Below are positions 25,313-34,720 of a DNA stretch of 34,720 bases, piece by piece. The DNA is from Octopus bimaculoides (Eukaryota). The first letter of the stretch is position 1. Each line of letters opens with the position of its first letter. The notes beneath the pieces are model-generated. The model was given only the letters and a program-made list of their open reading frames with translations, was not told the origin of the DNA and searched no databases. The DNA is taken from contig NC_068985.1 in NCBI RefSeq assembly GCF_001194135.2, forward strand, positions 116,292,557-116,327,276, given 5' to 3'. Made by a program: the position numbers and the translations under genes.

Positions 25313-25562
25313 AGAAGAAGAATGAGGAGGAGGAGGAGAAGAAGAAGAAGAAGGAGGAGGAAGCGGAGGAGGAGGAGGAGAAGAAGAAGAGGAAGAAGTA
25401 GAAGAAGAAAAAGAATGAGGAGGAGGAGGAGAAGAAGAAGGAGAAGAAGAAGGAGAAGAAGAAGAAGAAGAAGGAGAAAAATAAGAAGAAGAAGAAGAAG
25501 AAGAAGAAAAAGAAGAAGAAGAAGAAGAAGGAGAAAAATAAGAAGAAGCAGAAGGAGAAAAA

Positions 25563-25651
<89 letters not shown>

Positions 25652-25915
25652 GTGTTAATGGCAGTGACGAATGTGGTGGAGGTGGCAACAATAACGTCGT
25701 TTTGGGAGGCAGATATTATCAGAGTGATGAGGATGACACTGATGATGATGATGATAATGATGATGATGATGATGATCATGACGGTGGTGATGGGGAAGAT
25801 TGATAGTAGTCTGGCGATGATGACAACGATGACGACGACGACAACGTCGATGATGATAGGGGCCGGTAATGATGATGATGATGATTACAGGGATGGTGGT
25901 TGTGGTGGTGATGGC
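25135..25915. repeat. (GAT)n - (GAA/GAG)n - (GAT)n compound array
   Basis: About 390 nt nearly pure purine block (25260-25650) nested between GAT-rich blocks. Confidence 0.95.
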
Positions 25916-26951
25916 GTGTTGCTAATACGAATTCAATGAATAATGCTGACACCAATGAAGTGAACACCAACAGTAACTACATCGGCAGCAGCGGCAGATT
26001 TAAAAAAACAACAAAAGCAACCAAAAAGAACCCACAACAACAAAATCATCTGTTGCTATTTCGTTTCTTTTTGTGAACTGCTCTACACCAGGTAATAACT
26101 GTATGTGTATGGATTATACATAAGTATACGTGTGTACACGTTATTTCCCTACACATANNNNNNNNNNNNNNNNNNNNNNNNNNNNNNNNNNNNNNNNNNN
26201 NNNNNNNNNNNNNNNNNNNNNNNNNNNNNNNNNNNNNNNNNNNNNNNNNNNNNNNNNNNNNNNNNNNNNNNNNNNNNNNNNNNNNNNNNNNNNNNNNNNN
26301 NNNNNNNNNNNNNNNNNNNNNNNNNNNNNNNNNNNNNNNNNNNNNNNNNNNNNNNNNNNNNNNNNNNNNNNNNNNNNNNNNNNNNNNNNNNNNNNNNNNN
26401 NNNNNNNNNNNNNNNNNNNNNNNNNNNNNNNNNNNNNNNNNNNNNNNNNNNNNNNNNNNNNNNNNNNNNNNNNNNNNNNNNNNNNNNNNNNNNNNNNNNN
26501 NNNNNNNNNNNNNNNNNNNNNNNNNNNNNNNNNNNNNNNNNNNNNNNNNNNNNNNNNNNNNNNNNNNNNNNNNNNNNNNNNNNNNNNNNNNNNNNNNNNN
26601 NNNNNNNNNNNNNNNNNNNNNNNNNNNNNNNNNNNNNNNNNNNNNNNNNNNNNNNNNNNNNNNNNNNNNNNNNNNNNNNNNNNNNNNNNNNNNNNNNNNN
26701 NNNNNNNNNNNNNNNNNNNNNNNNNNNNNNNNNNNNNNNNNNNNNNNNNNNNNNNNNNNNNNNNNNNNNNNNNNNNNNNNNNNNNNNNNNNNNNNNNNNN
26801 NNNNNNNNNNNNNNNNNNNNNNNNNNNNNNNNNNNNNNNNNNNNNNNNNNNNNNNNNNNNNNNNNNNNNNNNNNNNNNNNNNNNNNNNNNNNNNNNNNNN
26901 NNNNNNNNNNNNNNNNNNNNNNNNNNNNNNNNNNNNNNNATATATATATAT

Positions 26952-26982
<31 letters not shown>

Positions 26983-27269
26983 GCACATATATATACATAT
27001 ATATATATATACATACACACATAGTCGTCTTCGTTAACATAACTAGCGGAAGAGATCCAATTTGTCGTGGCAATCGCAAAATCTGCTGAATTATTTATTT
27101 ACTTATAAGTCATTCCTTTCTTAATTCGTCTCATCTTTCTCCGATATTCTTATCTTTATTTGACTCTTATTCATTTTAAACTTGCATATTTATTTATTTT
27201 CTTCTTTTCTCCTGTTTTTTAACACTCATTTCTCTTTGTCTTTCTTGCATATGATTGTCATTCTTAATT

Positions 27270-27286
27270 TTTCTTCTTCCTCTTCC

Positions 27287-27317
<31 letters not shown>

Positions 27318-27523
27318 CTTCTTCTTCTTCTTCTTCTTCTTCTTCTCTTTCTTCTTCTTCTCTTTCTTCTTCTTCTTCTTCTTCTTCTTCTTCTGCTCTT
27401 TCTTCTTCTTCTCTTTCTTCTTCTTCTTCTTCTTCTTCTTCTTCTTCTTCTTCTTCTTCTTCTTCTTCTTCTTCTCCTTTTCCTCCTCCCCCTCTTCTTA
27501 TTCTTCTTCTTCATCTGCTCCTT

Positions 27524-27584
<61 letters not shown>

Positions 27585-27645
27585 TACGGAAGCAACAACC
27601 TTTTCTTCTGCTTTTTATGCATACTTTTCTTCTTATTCTTCCTTT

Positions 27646-27721
<76 letters not shown>

Positions 27722-27796
27722 TACGGAAGCAACAACCTTTTCTTCTGCTTTTTATACATACTTTTCTTGATCTTCTTCTTCTTCTTCTTCTTCTTC

Positions 27797-27865
<69 letters not shown>

Positions 27866-27885
27866 GTAGTAGTAGTAGTAGTATT
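27270..27885. repeat. (TTC)n/(TTA)n array containing a 137-bp higher-order duplication
   Basis: ctacggaagcaacaaccttttcttctgctttttat repeated at 27584 and 27721. Confidence 0.95.
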
Positions 27886-28971
27886 CGTACTAGATGGGCG
27901 CATATCGTATTGCAATTGCACGTAAGATTTTTTTTTCTGTTTATTAAAGTCTGCAACATTTTTAATTGTTTTATATTCTTACAAAAGTTTATTGGAAACA
28001 CCAACGTTGCATAAGAGCTGTTGGTCGATTTGTTTTTGCCCCTTTAGAAAGGATAGTATTAGAAACAAACATGGCAATGTTCGCTATGCTAAGGATGAAG
28101 TCAGACGTACCTTGGATAGCGAGATGCAATAAACGTCAAAGTCCTCCGCCTTCAATCAGCAAATGGAAGGCAATGTGAACATTTACCAAGATGCAGAATA
28201 CGTAGAAGCTATTTTCCGTTTACCGGTTTTTTTTTTGTTTTTTTTTTTTTGAGTGGTAACAGTGTAAAATGGCTTTAAAAACTCATTATTAACGACAGAC
28301 GCAGTATTCGTTCAGAATAGCATTCTGCATATCTTATTCAACATAGATATACTATCAGAAAGCCACAATACTAAGATATTCGACTTAAGAAAGCATCTCA
28401 TATAGACGTATAATGCTGCTTTGATCTAGGACCACTCGAGTCTACACGACATACTGACACAAAGTGAATACCGCTGCATTGTCACTTTGTTACGGTATAT
28501 TCGCGCTAAGTAAAATATACAGATTACTATCCTAAAATATTTTTTCTTGGGAGCTGCTGATATCATTAGTATAAGTGTATATGTTTAGTAATGCCGCGTG
28601 GTACATTTCAATGAAATATTTTTATTTAGAGGATATGTGAGCTTATTAGTGCTATTTCTTTGGATGGTGTTAGTATAGAACATACTTTGTGAACCGAAAT
28701 TGGACGATTGGTGCGTCTGTTTGCTTGTTGTCAATTTAGCAGGGTTTACTGGGCATTGATCCCGTTTTCGCGATGGCATTTTTGTCTTCAGGTCATTTCA
28801 GTAATGGAGGCAACATGCATACACGAACACGCACGTAAAATAGAAAGGGCAAGATAATACAATGGAAAGAAATAGAGAGATACTAAAGTGTATTAACTGA
28901 ACACGATTGACATAAACCCATCCCATCCCCTCATACGCGCAGAGACATATATTCAGTCATATAAGCAGAGA

Positions 28972-29051
28972 GTAAGAGAGGGAGAGAGAGGAAGAGAGAG
29001 AGGAAGAGAGAGAGGAAGAGAGACATGAAGAGAGAGAGGAAGAGAGAGAGG

Positions 29052-29085
<34 letters not shown>

Positions 29086-29130
29086 GAGAGACAGAGAGAC
29101 AGAGAGACAGAGAGGGAGGGAGGGAGGGAA
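28972..29130. repeat. (GA)n/GGAA/GACA purine-rich repeat
   Basis: Direct reading. Confidence 0.95.
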
Positions 29131-29665
29131 ATGTATTAAATGAACTCGACTGATACAAATACGTCTTTACGTCATTTTTCTGATCACAGCACCAAAATTT
29201 AAATTCATTGTCAGTTCTACTTTGTCAAAGATGTAAAGAAATCTATTGTGAGAAAATGTATCTTTTCCACGTTTCGTTCATATTTCAGCAGTTTTGGTGT
29301 ACATCAAGTGAAGCAGAACGCTTAACAAAGTTTTATAGTCGAGTAGTTGAGTAGATGCGGGTACCGTTTTGCTGTCAAGCAGAATAACAATGGAATTCCA
29401 GTGCTCCAAAATGTTTCAGAGACAGCGTCGTAACAACTTCTTACGTGAAATTCAATGCCGAACCAGTGACACCAATTGATGGGTCGACAATGGTATTGCC
29501 AAAACGGCCCATACTCCACGTATGGAACTAATTGTGATATTTGTGGAATTTGGTCTACGATCAGGAGGATTTGAATGATCTGGAATAGCGTTTAAAATTC
29601 ATGTTATATTTTGATATTACTGATTATATCACTCTAATGCAACGCATTCTATTTTCTTTTTTCAG

Positions 29666-29820
29666 GTTTAAGATACCAGCATGCTGATTTGTTCTACAGT
29701 ATCTTTGAACAGAGTTGTGGTCAAATGATTACGAAACACATAACCGTTCCCGCTTCGATTATTACATATGATGGTCAGAATGAACGTCTACAATTTATTA
29801 AAAGCTCTGAACTAAAACCA
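29666..29820 (+). CDS. Internal coding exon, 155 nt, phase 1 to 0 ((G)LRYQHADLFYSIFEQSCGQMITKHITVPASIITYDGQNERLQFIKSSELKP)
   Basis: Very strong acceptor tctattttcttttttcag, donor CCA|gtaaga. Only one of three frames is open across the exon, and the peptide has normal complexity. Confidence 0.72.
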
Positions 29821-30623
29821 GTAAGAAGGCTGACCTAAGCTGCAGAAGAGCAATCCCTAGCTACAGATAATTACACAAATGAATCAATAAGATGTAAACA
29901 TTAAATGCCATTTATGAAACAAGCACAAAGTAAATTGACCAAAACATCTCCACTTATCCAGTCCCTGCTAGCCATCGAGTCGACAGCTATTTTTGATAGG
30001 AAATTGTACGATGAATACGATAACGTGTAGTCATGCAAGACGTATGCCACATGACAACAACCTGACTATTACAATCCTGAACATACCAGTGATTACGAGA
30101 TAAAGGCGAGCTGTCGTTATTATGATTATCAGGGCTTTAATCTGCAAATATTAATCAATTGTAAACTCTCATCATAGCTCTCATAATCTTTGTCGAATTC
30201 TGTGAGATACTAGTTACACAATAACTTTTTCCTCTCCGTTATTTTAAACTGTATATTGGAATTTGGCCTTGGTTATATTTTCTACTTTGTTTCTTAATCT
30301 TTTGTATATTTTTATCCTCAACTAATTTCATCTTTGATATGGTGAGCTTTCGGTTGCTTTGCTTTTATGATTATACATATATTCAGAGAGTGAATATTCA
30401 AAAGACTACAAGCTAAAGATTGGAAACGAGTACCGCAAATCGCAGCCTTGTAGTTTTAATGTATATTAAAAGTACATACGTACATACATGCATGTATGCG
30501 TACATACATACATACAGACAGACAGACATGCGTACGTATGTACGTATATATGTATGTTTCTATGTACGTAAGTAGGGATGTAGATAAATAGTAAGATATG
30601 GAATGAACGAAATTCCTTATTTT

Positions 30624-30942
30624 TTATTTTATTTATTGATGCGCCCTTTTCAAGCCTAGCCAGGCTCATGGGCCCGGTTTCCAGGGTTCTATGGCGTATG
30701 TGTTCCGCCAAACTAGACGGGGCGCCAGTCCATCGCATCGTTACTTAAGAATCAAGAAGAAAGAGTGCGAGAAAGTTGGGGCGAAAGAGTACAACAGGGG
30801 TCACCACCACCCCCTGCCGGAGCCTCACGGAGCCTTAGGTGTTTTCGCTTAATAAACATACACAACGCCCGGTCTGGGAATCGAAACAACGATCCTCCGA
30901 CCGCGAGTCCTCTGCCTTAACCTCTTGGCCATTGCGCCTCCA
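30624..30942 (-). mobile_element. Full-length tRNA-derived SINE (Nin/Deu-like central motif), A-rich tail
   Basis: Minus strand: gtggaggcgcaatggcc..ggttaaggcag A-box region, gtttcgattccc B-box, gcgatggactggcgccccgtc...gaaaccggg segment and aataaataaaataaaaaata tail. Confidence 0.8.
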
Positions 30943-32083
30943 CCCGCCTTATATACAGCGAAGATATATGACAGCTATCTCAGATTCGGTACGCTGCACG
31001 TCGAGTTTTGTCTTTTTCAACTCCAGCGATTTACTTAACCTATATAAGTCCATAATAGATGCTCAATCATATTAGACGCTTCCCACGTCCATTGGCGCAT
31101 ATTCTTCGTGTATTAAAGCTTATNNNNNNNNNNNNNNNNNNNNNNNNNNNNNNNNNNNNNNNNNNNNNNNNNNNNNNNNNNNNNNNNNNNNNNNNNNNNN
31201 NNNNNNNNNNNNNNNNNNNNNNNNNNNNNNNNNNNNNNNNNNNNNNNNNNNNNNNNNNNNNNNNNNNNNNNNNNNNNNNNNNNNNNNNNNNNNNNNNNNN
31301 NNNNNNNNNNNNNNNNNNNNNNNNNNNNNNNNNNNNNNNNNNNNNNNNNNNNNNNNNNNNNNNNNNNNNNNNNNNNNNNNNNNNNNNNNNNNNNNNNNNN
31401 NNNNNNNNNNNNNNNNNNNNNNNNNNNNNNNNNNNNNNNNNNNNNNNNNNNNNNNNNNNNNNNNNNNNNNNNNNNNNNNNNNNNNNNNNNNNNNNNNNNN
31501 NNNNNNNNNNNNNNNNNNNNNNNNNNNNNNNNNNNNNNNNNNNNNNNNNNNNNNNNNNNNNNNNNNNNNNNNNNNNNNNNNNNNNNNNNNNNNNNNNNNN
31601 NNNNNNNNNNNNNNNNNNNNNNNNNNNNNNNNNNNNNNNNNNNNNNNNNNNNNNNNNNNNNNNNNNNNNNNNNNNNNNNNNNNNNNNNNNNNNNNNNNNN
31701 NNNNNNNNNNNNNNNNNNNNNNNNNNNCGAGAAAGTTGGGGCGAAAGAGTACAACAGGGGTCACCACCACCCCCTGCCGGAGCCTCACGGAGCCTTAGGT
31801 GTTTTCGCTCAATAAACACTCACAACGCCAGGTCTGGAAATCGAAACCGCGATCCTATGACCGCGAATCCGCTGCCCTAACCAATGGGCCATTGCGCCTC
31901 CACCCGCCTTATATACAGCGAAGATATATGACAGCTATCTCAGATTCGGTACGCTGCACGTCGAGTTTTGTCTTTTTCAACTCCAGCGATTTACTTAACC
32001 TATATAAGTCCATAATAGATGCTCAATCATATTAGACGCTTCCCACGTCCATTGGCGCATATTCTTCGTGTATTAAAGCTTAT
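30768..32083 (+). repeat. 356-bp direct duplication across a 604-N gap (30768-31123 and 31728-32083)
   Basis: Ungapped alignment at offset 960. Confidence 0.95.
31728..31902 (-). mobile_element. Second copy of the 5' half of the same SINE (part of a gap-flanking duplication)
   Basis: Ungapped match to 30768-30942 at offset 960. Confidence 0.8.
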
Positions 32084-32115
32084 GGGAGGCCCAACGTGGC
32101 AAATAGGACCAGGAG
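32019..32115 (+). CDS. Candidate coding exon, 97 nt, phase 0 to 1 (MLNHIRRFPRPLAHILRVLKLMGGPTWQIGPG)
   Basis: Weak acceptor cataatag, donor GAG|gtaatt, continues in frame from the 29666-29820 exon. A truncated duplicate lies at 31059-31123. Confidence 0.45.
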
Positions 32116-32493
32116 GTAATTTACGAGATATATTTTGCTTCATGTGCATGCTACGTGCTATCAAATACGTTAACACCTGGTTTTTAATGTCGAAGCTGTT
32201 GCCTATAACTGAGTGGTTAGTGTGTTTATATTACTTGTGCAGATTGCCCGATTTCTAATTTGCAGCATTGAGTTGGGTGTTAAATATTAATCAGATTCTG
32301 TCAATTTCTTCCAGTTCCACGTTGTATCTTATCATTTTCATTCGAATTTATTTCAATGGACGTATCTGATCTGAGTAAACTGTATTCCTATATTCCTACA
32401 GAAGACATCACTAATCCTATTGTCATTTATTTGTGGCTGGTGGATCTAGGAATAAAACCTGATGTTGATGTTGTTGTATTCATTATTATTGTT

Positions 32494-32512
32494 CTTCTTC
32501 TTCTTCTTCTTC

Positions 32513-32595
<83 letters not shown>
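32494..32595. repeat. (CTT)n-(ATT)n microsatellite; further (ATT)n runs at 33609-33669, 33868-33917 and 34488-34524
   Basis: Direct reading. Confidence 0.95.
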
Positions 32596-33607
32596 TTATG
32601 TTTGACTTTTGTTTTGCATTTGTACAAGTCGGATCCAAGTCTCACCCAGAGACCTCAAGAGACAACAAGTTAGAAGTTCATGTAGGTGTTATGCTTAGGG
32701 TACCATATATTTGAATTTGTACAGTTTTGTNNNNNNNNNNNNNNNNNNNNNNNNNNNNNNNNNNNNNNNNNNNNNNNNNNNNNNNNNNNNNNNNNNNNNN
32801 NNNNNNNNNNNNNNNNNNNNNNNNNNNNNNNNNNNNNNNNNNNNNNNNNNNNNNNNNNNNNNNNNNNNNNNNNNNNNNNNNNNNNNNNNNNNNNNNNNNN
32901 NNNNNNNNNNNNNNNNNNNNNNNNNNNNNNNNNNNNNNNNNNNNNNNNNNNNNNNNNNNNNNNNNNNNNNNNNNNNNNNNNNNNNNNNNNNNNNNNNNNN
33001 NNNNNNNNNNNNNNNNNNNNNNNNNNNNNNNNNNNNNNNNNNNNNNNNNNNNNNNNNNNNNNNNNNNNNNNNNNNNNNNNNNNNNNNNNNNNNNNNNNNN
33101 NNNNNNNNNNNNNNNNNNNNNNNNNNNNNNNNNNNNNNNNNNNNNNNNNNNNNNNNNNNNNNNNNNNNNNNNNNNNNNNNNNNNNNNNNNNNNNNNNNNN
33201 NNNNNNNNNNNNNNNNNNNNNNNNNNNNNNNNNNNNNNNNNNNNNNNNNNNNNNNNNNNNNNNNNNNNNNNNNNNNNNNNNNNNNNNNNNNNNNNNNNNN
33301 NNNNNNNNNNNNNNNNNNNNNNNNNNNNNNNNNNNNNNNNNNNNNNNNNNNNNNNNNNNNNNNNNNNNNNNNNNNNNNNNNNNNCAGACTGCACATGGAG
33401 ACACCATGATCGATGGTCTCATTTTGTTGTTGGCATATACAACATAATGGGGAGCTGCCGTTCTTTAATATGTTGGTCTGGTAGTTCTTTGTAGGTAGGC
33501 ATTGATCTTGGGCTGCTATGATAAACCCCTCTGTTTCTGATTTCAAGCCAGAGGCCATTAACCATTGTTGGGTAAGGGCTTTGTCAATATCTGCATTATT
33601 CGCTCTC

Positions 33608-33608
<1 letters not shown>
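32596..33608 (-). mobile_element. 5'-truncated Dong/R4-type (RLE) non-LTR retrotransposon spanning a gap
   Basis: 33608-33385 translates RANNADIDKALTQQWLMASGLKSETEGFIIAAQDQCLPTKNYQTNILKNGSSPLCCICQQQNETIDHGVSMC, with CX2CX8HX4C. 32730-32596 reads as a 3' UTR running into (TAA)n. The 654-N gap is about the size expected for the missing endonuclease domain. Confidence 0.8.
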
Positions 33609-33671
<63 letters not shown>

Positions 33672-33867
33672 AAGGCGACGAGCTGGCGAAATGCTTACCG
33701 GTATTTCGACTGCTGCTATGTTCTGCGTTCAAATTTCACCAAGGTCGACTTTGTTTTTCATCTTCGCGGGGTCGATAAATTAAGTACAAGTTGAGTACTG
33801 GTGTCGATGTAATCGACTTATCCCCTACGCCAAGCTTCAGGTCTTGTGCCTTTAATAGAAAAGAATA
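33672..33867 (+). mobile_element. SINE family A copy with internal deletion, followed by (TAT)n
   Basis: aaggcgacgagctggcgaaatgc...gttcaaatttcaccaaggtcgactttg...ggggtcgataaattaagtac...tcttgtgcctttaatagaaaagaat. Confidence 0.85.
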
Positions 33868-33868
33868 C

Positions 33869-33917
<49 letters not shown>

Positions 33918-34487
33918 GAGTGAGAGAGCAGTGCATGCCATCAATGTGACACTGGGGTAAAATATACAAAGCCCATTATAGCCATCATGACTACCCGTTT
34001 GATAAGGGTACACCAGGCACATGCATCACAACCATATGTGTGCGACATGGTGATCCCATATCAAGATAAACAGCGCATGGCCTTGCAGGTGGGGCTCGGT
34101 TAGAATGTTCTTCATGTCGAGTAGCCCATCCCGCTCAAAAGGTCCCTGAATAAGGTTTGTTTAAAGATGTTGAGCAAAACACCCATGTTTCCAAAGGTGA
34201 ATTATTGAAACCCCAACGAATTCCTCTCAACACGTGGCTATGATGCTCTCCCACTACTTCTGCTCCTGATCAGAGATGCACATGTCGTCAGCCACCAAGG
34301 GACATGCTCAACTGGTTAAAGTCAAACACTGACAAGCAAATCTGTGGCATTGAGCAGAATGTTTGCTGTAGCCCATCTTTTATACCAAGACAAAACAATG
34401 TACATGATAACACTTCCAATCAATTAAGATCAGAAACCATGAGAGCCACTGCCTGGTACTGCATCAGGGCATGGGTACACCAGGCAC
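33918..34487. mobile_element. Unclassified ~570-bp interspersed element bounded by (TAT)n on both sides
   Basis: Complex sequence with no recognisable protein and sharp borders against TAA repeats; internal 15-mer gggtacaccaggcac at 34006 and 34473. Confidence 0.5.
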
Positions 34488-34524
34488 TATTATTATTATT
34501 ATTATTATCATTATTATTATTATT

Positions 34525-34720
34525 CAGTAGTTTTATTTTTATAACGTGCTTTCACTTCACTACCGAGCGCAGCTCTGTGCGCCTTGGGTATGTGCTGTGG
34601 TTTGCTGTGGTGCTCTTATGTTTACTGTATTGAAAGTGTTTTGCGTAGGATGTGTGCAGTACCCAGTAGTGCAATTTTCTGTATGCTATTTTTGTTATGT
34701 ATTTGTCTGAATATTGTTTT
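34525..34720 (-). mobile_element. 3' end of a second Dong/R4-type LINE (continues beyond the window)
   Basis: 34720-34622 translates KTIFRQIHNKNSIQKIALLGTAHILRKTLSIQ*, the typical RLE C-terminal QK..LLGTAHILR motif, followed by about 100 nt of 3' UTR and a (TAA)n tail. Confidence 0.85.

Noticed and set aside
27584-27770. Repeat-spacer-like pattern (CRISPR)
   Set aside because: Only two units, the spacers are microsatellites, the context is eukaryotic and there are no cas genes.
29666-32115. Faint resemblance to M13 neprilysin N-terminal motifs (FY..ACG.W; PL..LL..LGGWP)
   Set aside because: Key Cys/Trp residues and spacing do not match.
179-33732. Long ORFs of 200-390 aa in the ORF track
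   Set aside because: They are open only because they run through N gaps and dinucleotide repeats. The one exception is the LINE peptide at 33385-33608.

Overview
Eukaryotic, AT-rich, repeat-dense draft-assembly window with 14 N-gaps (about 7 kb, 20%), most bordered by (TA)n/(GT)n microsatellites. The microsatellite load and tRNA-derived SINE families look like a cephalopod (Octopus-type) genome; this is inference from pattern recognition, not a database hit. Almost all listed ORFs are artefacts of gaps or simple repeats. What the sequence supports: (1) a candidate + strand multi-exon gene (six small GT-AG exons, 1553-32115) that splices into at least 139 stop-free codons starting with a signal-peptide-like segment, family not recognised; (2) several tRNA-derived SINE families; (3) a canonical non-autonomous Helitron and a Helentron-associated (HINE-like) element; (4) a Penelope-like retroelement remnant in two oppositely oriented pieces, plus a degenerate hammerhead-like motif; (5) two Dong/R4-type RLE LINE 3' ends stacked with other elements inside (TAA)n runs; (6) a small foldback MITE; (7) large compound trinucleotide arrays and two gap-flanking duplications. 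I found no prokaryotic-type system, rRNA, true tRNA or CRISPR array.
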